Both the position numbers and the translations under genes were made by a program. From Squalus acanthias (Eukaryota), in the NCBI GenBank assembly GCA_030390025.1, contig CM059431.1:148740001-148804000 (forward strand): DNA of 64,000 bases, read 5' to 3'. Within the stretch, counting starts at the first letter, position 1; every line of letters begins with the position of its first letter. The notes beneath the pieces are model-generated. The model saw only the letters and a program-made list of their open reading frames with translations. It ran no database searches and was not told where the DNA came from. Below are positions 38,141 to 48,734 of the stretch, piece after piece.

Positions 38141-38357
38141 CCAGGGGTATGCAATCTCGGACAGTTTTATGCTAGATTATCTCGCGAGGTTTGCTTCTAA
38201 GCTTCAAAGCGGAAACGCCAAGCCCACATCCCAGGCCTGTGGTGAGTTAGCTGATCCAAGCTGGTATGGTACTGTGTCCCACTAAAGAGGAAAGCGCAGG
38301 ATATTCACGGCCTTGCTGTTAGCTCAGCTCTCCCAGCATGGTGCTGGAACCCACACA

Positions 38358-40120
38358 TAGTAACACAGAAAAATAGGAGCAGGATTAGGCCATTCATCCC
38401 TTCGAGCCTGCTACGCCATTCAATATGAACTTGGCTGATCCTCTATCTCATTACTATATTCCCGCTCTCTCCCCATACCCCTTGATGACTTTTGTTTCTA
38501 GAAATCTATCTATCTCCTTCTTAAATATATTCAGTTACTTTGCCTACACCGCGTTCTGTGATGGAGAATTCCACAGTTTCACCACCCTCTGAATGAAACT
38601 AATTCTCCTCCTCTCATTCCTGAATGTCCTACCCCGTATCCTGAGACTGTGACTCCTCGTTCGAGACCCCTCAGCCAGGGGATACATCCTCTCCGCCTCC
38701 AGTCTGTCTAGCCCTGTCAGAAATGTCTAAGTTTCAATGAGGTCCCCTCCCATTCTTCTAAACTCAAGTGAGTACAGATTTTGCCGACCTAATCTCTCCT
38801 CATACGACAGTCCTGCCATCCCAGGAATCAGTCTGGTGAACCTTCGCTGCACTACCTCTATGGAAAGTATATACTTTCTTAGGTAAGGAGACCCAAACTG
38901 CACACTTTACTCCAGGTGTGGTCTCACAAAGGCCCTGTATAACTGTCGTAAGGCTTCCTTGCTCCTGTATTCTAATCCTCTTGCAAAGTAGGTCAAAATA
39001 CCATTTGCTTTCCTAACTGCTTGCTGCACCTGCATGTTTTCTTTCAGTGACTGGTGTAATAGGACACCCAGGTCCGTTTGCACATCAACATTTCCGAATC
39101 TATCACCATTTAATTATACTCTGCCTCGCTGTTTTTCCTACCGAAGAGGATTACCTCACTTTTATCCACGTTATGCTGCATCTGCCATGTATTTGCACAC
39201 TCACTCAACGTGTTTAAATCAATTTGAAGCCTCTTTGCATCATCCTCACAACTCACAAATCCACCTAGTTTCGTGTCGTCTGCAAACTTGCAAATTTTAC
39301 ATTTGCTTCCCTCATCCAAATCATTGATATATATGTTGTGAATAGCTGGGACCCCTGCACTGATCCCTGCGGTACCTGCTTGCCACCCTGAAAATTACCC
39401 ATTTATTCCAACTCTCTGTTTCATCTCTTTTAACCCATTTTCAATCCACGCCAGTATATTACCCCAATCCCATGTGCTTTAATTTTAAACAATAACCTCT
39501 TATGTGGGACTTTATCAAATGCCTTCTGAAAATCCTAATACTCCACATCCAATGTTTTTCCCTTATCTATTCTACCAGTTACATCCTCAAAATACTCCAG
39601 TATGTTTGTCAAACACGATTACCCTTTCATAAATCCATGCTAACTTTCTCTAATCCCGTTGAAATTTTATAAATGTCATTTTATCACATCCTTTATAATA
39701 CGCTGTAGCATTTTCCCTACTTCTGATGTTTGACCAACAGGTCTGTAGATTCCTTTTTTCTCTCTCCCTCCTTTTTTAAAAAGTGGGGCTATATTTATCA
39801 CCCTCCAACCTGCAGGAACAGTTCCATAAACTATAGAATTTTGGAAGATGTCATCCAATGCATCCACTGTTTCCATGGCTACCTCTTTAATACTCTGTGG
39901 TGCAGATTATCAGGCCGTGGGGATGTATCGGCTTTCAGTACCATTAGAATCTCCAGCACAATTTTTTTACTAATACTAATTTCCTTTAATTCCTGCTTCT
40001 CAGTGGACCCTTGGTTTCCTTCGCTTTTCTTGGAAGTTATTTGTGTCCTCTTCCGTGAAGACAGAAACTAAAGATTTGTTTATTTGCTTTATCATTTCCT
40101 TGTTCCCCATTATAAATTCT
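38358..40120 (-). mobile_element. Decayed CR1 LINE (RT plus 3' UTR)
   Basis: Fragments VPAGWRVINIAPLFKKGGREK, KFADDTKLGG and WQMQHNVDK, with multiple stops. The CR1 3' UTR lies at 38360-38450. Confidence 0.93.
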
Positions 40121-40309
40121 CCCTTGCAGGAAGGGCCCAGTATCCATTCCCGGCTTCTGGTATGTTACTTTACTTCAATCGTGTGCTACTGTGCCACACA
40201 AGACAGGATCAGGTCAGGATCATTTTGCGGACTGTGGTGAGTTAGCAGATATCATCACTTGTTACACTGAGCACACAAAGAGCAGGATCGGTCCATGATT
40301 ATTGTTGAG

Positions 40310-40630
40310 ATTTCTGTCATTGTGTAGGGGAACCCTGGTCTGTCTAGGAGACAACTGGCTAAGTGTAGGAGATCCCTGTCTCTGTGTATGCGATCCATTG
40401 TCTGTGCAGGAGATCCTTGTCCTTGCAGGAGCTCGCAGGTTCTGTGTAGGCGATCCTTGGCTCCGTGTAGTAGATCGATGGTCTGTGTAGAAAAGCCCTC
40501 ATCTGTGTAGAAGGTCCCTGGTCTGTGTAGGAAATCCCTGGCTCTGTATGGGAGCTTTCTGGTCTATGTAAGAGATCCCCGTCTCTGTGTAGGAAATCCC
40601 TGATTCTGTGTATATTAGCCCTGGTATTGT
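40310..40630. repeat. ~20-bp minisatellite (ggtctgtgtaggagatccct), left part
   Basis: Degenerate tandem copies of the same unit as 42980-44372. Confidence 0.85.
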
Positions 40631-40631
40631 G

Positions 40632-42975
40632 CAACGAGATATGATTAATTAATTACCTGATAGTGAAGGCGCCTCTAGGTAGCAGTGATCATAATATAAT
40701 TTAATTTTATATTCAGTTTGAGGGAGAGAAGAGTGGGTCCAAAACTAATATTTTAAACTTAAATAAGGACAATTAAGAGGGCATGAAAGCAGAGCTAGCT
40801 AAATTGAGATGGCAAATTAGGTTAAGGGATATGTCAATAGAGTTGCAGAGGCAGACATTTAAGGGGATATTTCAGAATACAGAGAATATATACATTCCAA
40901 CGAGAAAGAAACATTCAAAGGGGAGGACCCACCATCCGTGGTTAACTAAAAAAGTTAAAGATAGTATTAAACTTAAAGAAATTGCATATATTTGCACAAA
41001 GATGGGTGACAGGTCAGAAGATTGGAGAGAATATAAAAATAGCAAAGAATGACTAAAAGATTAATAAGGAGAGAAAAATGAGATTACGAAAGAAGCTAGA
41101 AAGAAATATAAAAACAGATAGTAAGAGTTTCTATAGATATTTTAAAAAGAAAAGATTTAACAAAGTGAGCGTTGATCCTATAAAAATTGAGTCTGCGGAA
41201 TTAATAATGGAAAATAAGGAGATTGGAAGATGAATTGAACAGTTATTTTGCTTCGGTCTTCAGTATTGAGGACACAATTATCTACCCAGAAACAGCTGTA
41301 AATCAGGAAATGGAAGGTAGGGAGGAACTCAAGAAAATTACAATCACCAATGAAGTGGTACTGAGCAAAGTGTTGGAGCTGCGGGCTGACATGTCCCCGG
41401 GTACTGATGGACTTCATCCTAGGGGCTTAAAAGAAGTGGAAAGTGAGATAGTTGATGCGTTGTTTTGAATTTTCCAAAATTCCCTAGATTCGGGGAAGGT
41501 TCCATTAGATTGGAAAATAGCGAATGTAACTCCTTTGTTTAAAAAGGGAGGGGTCCAGAAAGCAGGAAACTACAAGCCAGTTAGCTTAACAATTGTCGTA
41601 GGGCAGATGTTAGAAGCCATTATTAAAGTAGTTGTAGCAGGGCACTTAGAAACGTTCAAGGTAATCAGGCAGAGTCAACATGATTTTGAGAAAAGGAAAT
41701 CATGTTTAACTAATTTATTGGAGTTCTTTGAGGAAGTAACATGTGCTTTGGATGAGGGGGAACCGGTGGAAGTACTTTACTTAGATTTACAGAAGGCATT
41801 TGATAAGATGCCACATCTAAGTTTGCTGCGGAAAATAAAAGCTAATTTTGTAGGGGGTAACATATTGGCATGGATAGAAGATTGGCTAGCTAAATGGAAA
41901 CAGAGAGTAGGCATAAATGGGTCATTTTCTGATTAACAAGATATAACGATGACAAGATGTAGCGAGTTTTGTGCCACAGGGATCAGGCCTCACATTTTTA
42001 CAAATTATATAAATGACTTGGATGAAGGGACCGAAGTTATGGTTGCTAAATTTGCTGATGACAGAAAGATAGGTAGGAAAGTAAATTGTGAAGAGGGCAT
42101 AAGGAGGCTAGAAAGGGTTATAGATAGGTTAAGTGAGTGGGCAAAGTTCTGGCAAATGGAGTAAAATGAGGGAAAATGCGCAATTGTCCATTTTGGCAGG
42201 AAGAATACAACAGAAGCATATTATCTAAATGGTGAGAAATTGCACAGCTCTGAGATGCAGAGGGATCTGGGTGTCCTAGTGCATGAATCGCAAAAGGTTA
42301 TTATGCAGGTACAGCAAGTAATTAGGAAAGCTAATAGAATGTTATCGTTTAATGCGAGGGAAATTGAATACAAAAGTAGATAGGTTATGCTTCAGTTATA
42401 CATGGCATTCGTGTGACCACATATGGAGTACAGTGTACAGTATTGCTCTCCTTATTTAAGGAAGGATGTAAATGCGTTGGAAGCAGTTCAGAGAAGCTTA
42501 AATAGACTAATACCTGGAATGGACTGGTTGTCTTATGAGGAAAGGTTGGACAGGCTAGGCTTGAATCCTCTGGAATTCCGAAGAGTAAGAGGTGACTTGA
42601 TTGAAACATATAAGATCCTGAGGGGTCTGGACAGGCTGGATGTGGAGTGGATGTTTAATCGTGTGGGAGAATCTAGAACCAGGGGTCACTGTTTAAAAAT
42701 AAGGGGTCGCCCAGATAAGACAGTGATAAGGAGACATTTTTTCTCACAAAGGCTCGTGAGTCTTTGGAACACACTTCCTCAGAGGGCGATAGGAGCAGAG
42801 TCTTTGAATAGATTGAAGGCAGAGCTAGATATATTATTGATAAGCAAGTCGAGGAATGGTTATCGGGGCTAGGTGGGAAAGTGGTGAAATTAGATAAGCC
42901 ATGATCTAATTGATTGGCGGAGCAGTCTAGAGGGACCGAGAGGCCTACTCCTGCTCCTAATTCGTATGTTCTTAG
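40632..42975 (+). mobile_element. Decayed CR1 LINE ORF2 (end of endonuclease, RT, 3' UTR)
   Basis: LGSSDHN, SPGTDGLHPR, FKKGG..KAGNYKPVSLT, SCLTNLLEFFEEVT, DLQKAFDKMPH, KFADD and RGDLIETYKI, broken by stops and frameshifts. Confidence 0.95.
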
Positions 42976-42979
42976 GTTC

Positions 42980-44372
42980 CTTTATCTAGGAGATCCCTGG
43001 CTTTGTGTAGGAGCTCCCTGGATCTGTGTAGGAGATCGCTGGTCTGCGTAGGAGATCCCTAGTCCGTGCAGGAGATTCCTGGTCTGTGTAGGAACTCCCT
43101 TGCTCTGTGTTGGAGATAACCGGCTCTTTGTTGGAGATCCATGGCTCAGTGAAAAAGGTATCTCTCTCTGTGTAAGAGATCCCTGGCTCTATACAGGATA
43201 TGGTTGGTCTGTGTACAAAATCTCTGGTCTGTGTAGGAGATCCATGGTTTGTGTCGGAGATCCCTGGTCTGTGTAGACGATCACTGAACTGTGTAGGAGA
43301 TCCCTGGTCTGTATAGGAGAGCCCTGAACTGTGTAGGTTATCCGTGGTCTGTGTAGGTTATCCGTGGTCTGTGTAGCAGATCCGTGGTCAGGGTAGGACC
43401 TCCCTGTGTCTGTGTAGGAGGTCCCTGTGTCTGTGTGCGAGATCCCTGGTCTTTGTAGGAGATCCCTGTGTCTATGTGGGAGCACCTGTGTCTGTTTAGG
43501 AGCTCCCTGTGTCTGTGTGGGAGATCCCTGGTCTGTGTAGGAGATCCGTGATCTGTGTAGGAGCTCCCTGTGTCTGTGTGGGAGCCCCTTTGTCTGTAAT
43601 CTCCTTCAGCCCCACAACAAACAACGAGGTATCTGCGCTCCTTTAATTCTGCCCTTTTGAGTATCCCTGATAATAATCCTCAATCATTGGTGACCGTACC
43701 TTCTGTTGCCTAGGCCCTAAGCTCTGGAATTCGCTGCCTAAACCTGTCCGGCTCGCTGCCTCCCTTTTATCCTTTAAGACGCTCCTTAAACTCTACCTCT
43801 TTGAATAAACGTTTGGTCACCTGCTGTAATGTCTCCTTATGTGGCTCGGTATCAATTTTTTTGTCTTATATTATTCCTGTGTAGCGCCTTGGGACGTTTT
43901 ACCACGTTAAATGCGCGATATAAATGCAAATTGTTCTTATGTAAGATATCCCTGGTCTGTGAAGGATATCCCTGTGTCAGTGTAGGAGATCGCTTTCTCT
44001 GTGTAGGAGATCTCTGGTCTCTGCAGGACATTCCTGGCTCTGTGTCTGTGATCTGTGGTCTGATTAGGAGTTCCTTAGCATTGTGCCGTAGATCGCTGGT
44101 CTCTGAAGGAGATCTCTGACACTGTGTAGGAGATCCCTGGTCTGTGTCGAAGCTCACCGGTCTGTGTAGGAGATCCCTGGTCTGTGTCGAAGCTCACTGG
44201 TCTGTGTAGGAGATCCCTGGTCTGTGTCGAAGCTCACAAATCTGTGTAGGAGATCCCTGGTCTGTGTGGGAGATCGCTGGTCTGTGTAGGATATTCCTTG
44301 CTTTGTGCAGGAGATATCTGGACACTGTAGGAGATCTATGGCTCTGTGTAGGAGATCCCTGGTCTATGTAGG
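42980..44372. repeat. ~20-22-bp minisatellite (ggtctgtgtaggagatccct), interrupted by an L2 fragment
   Basis: Direct tandem periodicity at 42980-43597 and 43940-44372. Confidence 0.92.
43595..43940 (+). mobile_element. L2-clade LINE 3' fragment
   Basis: Encodes GPKLWNSLPKP...SFKTLLKLYLF. The tail tgtgtagcgccttgggacgttttaccacgttaaatgcgcgatataaatgcaa resembles L2 3' ends. Confidence 0.8.
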
Positions 44373-44377
44373 TGATA

Positions 44378-44590
44378 ACGTGAAAAGGTTGAGTCAACAT
44401 GTTTTAATGAAAGGGAAATCTTGTTTTACAAATTTATTAGAGTGTTTTGAGGATGTAAGGAGCAGCGTAGATAAAGGGATGCCAGTGAATTTAGAATATT
44501 TGGATTTCCATAAGGCATTCGATTTGGTGTCAGGTAAAAGGTTATTACACAAAATAAGGACTCATGGGGTTGTGGCTAATATAGTAGCTT
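44378..44590 (+). mobile_element. CR1 RT fragment
   Basis: SQHVLMKGKSCFTNLLECFEDV...YLDFHKAFDLV. Confidence 0.88.
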
Positions 44591-45200
44591 GCACTATCGG
44601 AGGGGCAGTACTGACGAACCATGCATTGTCGGAAAGGGAGTACTGAGGGATCGCGCTGCACTGTTGGAGGGGCAGTACTGACGGACACTGCACTGTTGGA
44701 GGGGCCGTACTGACGGACACTGCACTGTTGGAGGGGTAGTACTGAGCGAGTGCTGCACTGTCGGAGGGGCAGTACTGACGGACACTGCACTGTCGGAGGT
44801 GCAGTACAGACGGACACTGCACTGTCAGAGGGGCATTACTGACGGACACTGCACTGTCGGAGGTGCCGACTTTCAGATGAGACGTTAAATCGGTGACCCC
44901 GTCTGCCCTCTCAGGTGGAAGTAAAAGTTCCCACAGCTGCTATTGGAAGAAGAGCAGGAGGAGTTCTCCCTGGTGTCCTGGGCCCGATATTAATCTCTCA
45001 AACAACAGCCCTAAAAAAACAGATTTTTTGTTCATTTTCGCAATGCTGTTTGTGGGAGCTTGCTGTGCGTAAATTGGCTGCAACGTTCCCGGCCGCACAA
45101 CAGTGACTGCACTTCAAAAGTCCTTCCTTGATTGTGGAGCGCTTTGAGACGTCCTGAGGTGGTGACAGGGGCCGTAGAAATGAGAGTTCCTTCTATCTTT
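44590..45200 (+). mobile_element. DeuSINE (SacSINE1/AmnSINE-like) body preceded by 33-bp tandem copies of its own internal segment
   Basis: gcactgtcggaggtgccgactttcagatgagacgttaaa...gtctgccctctcaggtgga.gtaaaag...gaagaagagcagg...gttctccc.ggtgtcctgg resembles the Deu domain. An L2-like tail lies at ~45133-45195, and 44590-44860 is a 33-bp array. Confidence 0.8.
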
Positions 45201-45317
45201 GAATTTGGTAGATTGTGAAATTAAAATCATGAAATCTGGTGGTTTAAGGGCTGGCCACGTATCAAATTGATGGTGAAAAACTGTCACATCTGTGCGAAAA
45301 AAAACAACTGGTTGACT

Positions 45318-46705
45318 CGGAGGAACAGGAGGAGGCCAATCAGCCCCCTCGAGCCTGTTACTATAGGAACAGGAAGAGGCCAATCAGCCCCCTCGAGCCT
45401 ATTACTATCGGAAAAGGAGTAGGCCCAATCAGCCCCCTTGAGCTTGTTACTATAGTTAAAGGAGTAGGCCGATTCAGCCTCTCGAGACAGTTACACAGGG
45501 ACAGGAGGAGGCCATTCAGCCCCTCTGGCCTGATACACTGGAACAAGGAAGAGGCCATTCATCCCCTCCAGCCTGTTACACAGGAACAGGAGTAGGCCAT
45601 TCAGCCCCTTGAGTCTTCTACACCTGAACAGTGGGAGGCAAATTAGCCCCTCAAACCTATTATGCAGGAACAGGAGGGAGCCATTCTCCCAGTCGAGCCA
45701 GTTACACACGAACAGGAGGAGGTCATTCAGCCCCTTCGAGCCCATTATGCAGGAACAGGAGGCGGCCATTCAGCTCCTCTATCCCGTTGCACAGTAAAAG
45801 GAGCAGGCTCATTCAGCTCTTTCGAGCCTGTTACACAGGAACAGGAGTATGCACATCCAGCTCCTCAAGCCTGTTACAAAGGAACAGATGGCCATTCAGC
45901 CCATCGAGCCTGTTACACAGGAACGGGTGGCCATTTAGCTTCTCGAGCGTGTTACACAGGAACAGGAGGAAGCACATTCAGCCCCTCGAACACATTACAC
46001 AGGGAAAGGAGGAGGCCCATTCAACCCTCGAGCACATTACACAGGAACAGGAAGAGGCCCATTCAGCCGCTCGAGCCTGTTGCATATAAATAAGAGTAGG
46101 TCCATTCAGCCGGTCGAGCCCGTTACACAGGAACAGGAGGAGGCCATTCAGCCCCCATCGAGCCGGATACACTGGATCTGGAAGTGGCCATTCATCCCCT
46201 CGAGCCTGTTACACAGGAACAGGAGGAGGCCATTCAGCCCCCTCTAGCCTGTGGCGTCGGAACAGGAGGAGGTCATTCAGCCCCTTCGAGCCAGTTACAT
46301 GGGAACAGGCGGAGGTCATTCAGCCCCTTCGAGCCCATTACACAGGAACAGGAGGAGGCCCATTGAATCCCTCGAGGCTGTTACACAGGAAAAGGAGTAG
46401 CCCATTCAGCCCCTCGAGCCTCTTACTATAGTTACAGGAGGAGGCCAATCAGCCCCTCGAACCCGTTGCTCTAGGAACAGGAGGATGTCATTCAGCCCCC
46501 TCGAGCCCATTACACAGGAAAAGGAGGAGACCCATTCATCCCCTCGAAGCTGTTGCACAGGAACAGGAGTAGGCCCATTCACCCCCGCCAGCCTGTTACA
46601 CAGGAAGAGGTGTCCATTCAGCCCCTCGAGCCTGTTACACAGGAACAGGAGGAGGCAAATCAGCCGCTAGAGCCCGTTTTGCAGGAACAGGTGGAGGCCA
46701 TTCTG
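45318..46705. repeat. ~42-bp minisatellite (caggaacaggaggaggccattcagcccctcgagcctgttaca) related to the CR1 3' terminus
   Basis: The unit matches aggagcaggagtaggccattcggcccctc.agcctg, seen at the minus-strand CR1 ends at 38375 and 55390. Confidence 0.9.
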
Positions 46706-47484
46706 CCCACACGCTGCGGCCTACACGTGACTCCCGTCCCACTCTGCTGAGGCTGACTTTCGCGACCTCCCCTCACACGCTGAATTGTGCCCGGCCCCAA
46801 TCGGAACGGGCTGGCTACCTGGAGCGTGTTGGGGGGAGCGGGGGGCGAATGCGGCCCTGCCAGCCTTGCCGATCCTCCCATCCCCGACCTCTCGGGTTGT
46901 GCTGGTCGGGGCAGGTGAGGGGCGACGGACTGATCCAGCCTGGAGCTCGCGACCGAACCGGAACTTTGACCGACCGCCCAGGATCAAAGCACGATGCGGA
47001 AAATTGTAGGGACATGAGCGGGTTTCCAAACCGATCGAAGATATTCCACGCTGCCCGAATAAACGCCATCGGATGCGTTGGGGTGACTTCAGTCACCCCA
47101 TCTCCCCAAACCCCACCCTCTCCCCAACACCCACCCCGGATAGAGCAGTTTGACCTCTGGCCCTGGTGGCCTGTGCCTTTAACTGCACGTTATCTGTGAA
47201 TGTTGCTCTCACTGAATCCTCTCGAGTGCCCGAGGTTTATCATTGGAATTAGACTGTGTGACGGCTGTATTATGTTATGTCAATGAATAAAGAGTTTTAT
47301 GATCAGTCCGTACCAGACGTGTGCAATTAAATATCATTTCATATCACCTGAGAGTCGTTCAGTCATTGTGTTCCAGTTAATCACCTTGCCGGAGGATGCA
47401 TAGCCATATATCTATCAGAGACGTGCAATATCACTTGTACGGCAATCCTGTCTCTACAAGGTGCAAGGCACACTTTCAAGGTGA

Positions 47485-48385
47485 TATAGAGGGAGCTCTA
47501 CTTTATCTAAACCGTGCTGTACGTGCCCCGGGAGCGTTCGATGCTGACAATGGGTACAAAGTGGGGGACACACTGTCAGGGTGTTGTAGTGGGAGCTCTA
47601 CACTGTATCTAAACCATGCTATACCTGCCCCGGGAGCGCTCGATGCTGACACTGGGTATAAAGTGGGGGAAACACTGTCAGGCTAATGTGGAGAGAGCTC
47701 TGCACTGTATCTAAATCATGCTGTACCTGCCCTGGGAGCGCTCAGTGCTGACACTGGGTATAAAGTGGGGTTACACTGTCAGGGTAATGTAGAGGGAGCT
47801 CTACACTGTATCTAACCCGTGCTGTACCTGCCCTGGGAGCACTCGATGCTGACACTGGGTATAAAGTGGGGGACACACTGTCAGGGTAATGTAGAGTGAG
47901 CTCTACAATGTATTTAACCCATGCTGCACCGGCCATGGGAGCGTTAGATGCAGACAATGTGTATAATGTGTGGACACATTGTCAGGGTAATGTAGCCATG
48001 ATGCGGTGATGCCGGTGTTTGACTGGGGTGGACACATGTGAGAAGTCGCACACCAACAGATTATAGTCCAACAACTTTATTTGAAATCATAAGCTTTCGG
48101 AGCTCTGCTCCTTCGTCAGGGTAATGTAGAGGGAGCTCTACACTGTGTCTATCCCGTGCTCTTCCTGCCCTGGGAGCGCACGATGATGACACTGGGTATA
48201 AAGTGGGGGACACACTGTCTGGGTAATGTAGAGGGAGCTCTACACTCTATCTAACCCGTGCTGTACCTGCCCTGCGAGCGCTCAATGCTGACACGAGGTA
48301 TAAAATGGAGGACACACTGTCAAGGTATATAGAAGAAGCTCTACACTGGATCTAACCCGTGCTGTACCTGCCCGGGGAGCGCTCG
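47485..48385. repeat. ~102-bp minisatellite related to the 67-bp satellite
   Basis: gtagagggagctctacactgtatctaacccgtgctgtacctgccctgggagcgctcgatgctgacactgggtataaagtgggggacacactgtcagggtaat, with units starting at ~47688, 47789 and 47891. Confidence 0.9.
47996..48120 (-). mobile_element. Penelope-type retroelement terminal fragment with a hammerhead ribozyme core
   Basis: The minus strand reads cCTGACGAaggagcagagctccGAAAgcttatgatttcaaataaagttgttggactataa...gtccaccccagtc. It is flanked by the direct repeat gtcagggtaatgtag (47981-47995 and 48115-48129). Confidence 0.8.
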
Positions 48386-48485
48386 TCGCTCCTCTGGCAA
48401 TCCGGACGCGTCTCTATCTGCTCCCCATGATCGTTGAATGTAACAATCTAATCAAGTCCCTCCCTCCCGGTGTCGTCACTGACCT

Positions 48486-48689
48486 CGGAAGAGGAGTAAG
48501 GATGGAAGATGGGCCTCCTCCTTTTGGACACATTACTACACCCTGACAGACCGTAACTTCAAGCAACGGCGAGAAATTATCCTGTCCTGGCTCAACCTCA
48601 TCCAGACCCTGACCATGACCATCGTCCCCGGTGCCATTTGGTGGCAAATCCCAAAGGTGGAGGAACAGATCCAGGCCCGTTTGGGATTG
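48486..48689 (+). pseudogene. Isolated exon of an ABCG-type (ABC-2 membrane domain) transporter, probably a pseudo-exon
   Basis: Manual translation gives RKRSKDGRWASSFWTHYYTLTDRNFKQRREIILSWLNLIQTLTMTIVPGAIWWQIPKVEEQIQARLGL, followed by a gtacgt donor at 48690. This fits the ABCG pattern SFWTQ..L..R.F / TM1 G..W / IQ.R.G. An in-frame TGA lies at 48480-48482. Confidence 0.72.
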
Positions 48690-48734
48690 GTACGTCCATC
48701 CCATAATCCCTCTCTTTTCCATAGAAACTATTCG

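Larger units (their letters stand above)
2856..40300. repeat. ~80-82-bp satellite array with A and B subfamilies, interrupted by cassettes, LINEs and SINEs
   Basis: Exact 80-bp period at 8701/8781/8861. Type A reads gtactgagccccacacagagcaggatgggcccaggatcattccacggcctgtggtgtgttagctgatctcacccagtgtg. Type B reads ...gcccaggctccattcccggcctgtggtatgtcagttgttctcattcggtgag. The main array runs to ~32190, resumes at 35020-37315, and has remnants at ~38225-38358 and ~40125-40300. Confidence 0.97.

Noticed and set aside
46745..46770. Telomerase RNA pseudoknot-like GCTGACTTTC
   Set aside because: There is no CTAACCCT template, U-rich loop or CR4/5 motif nearby.
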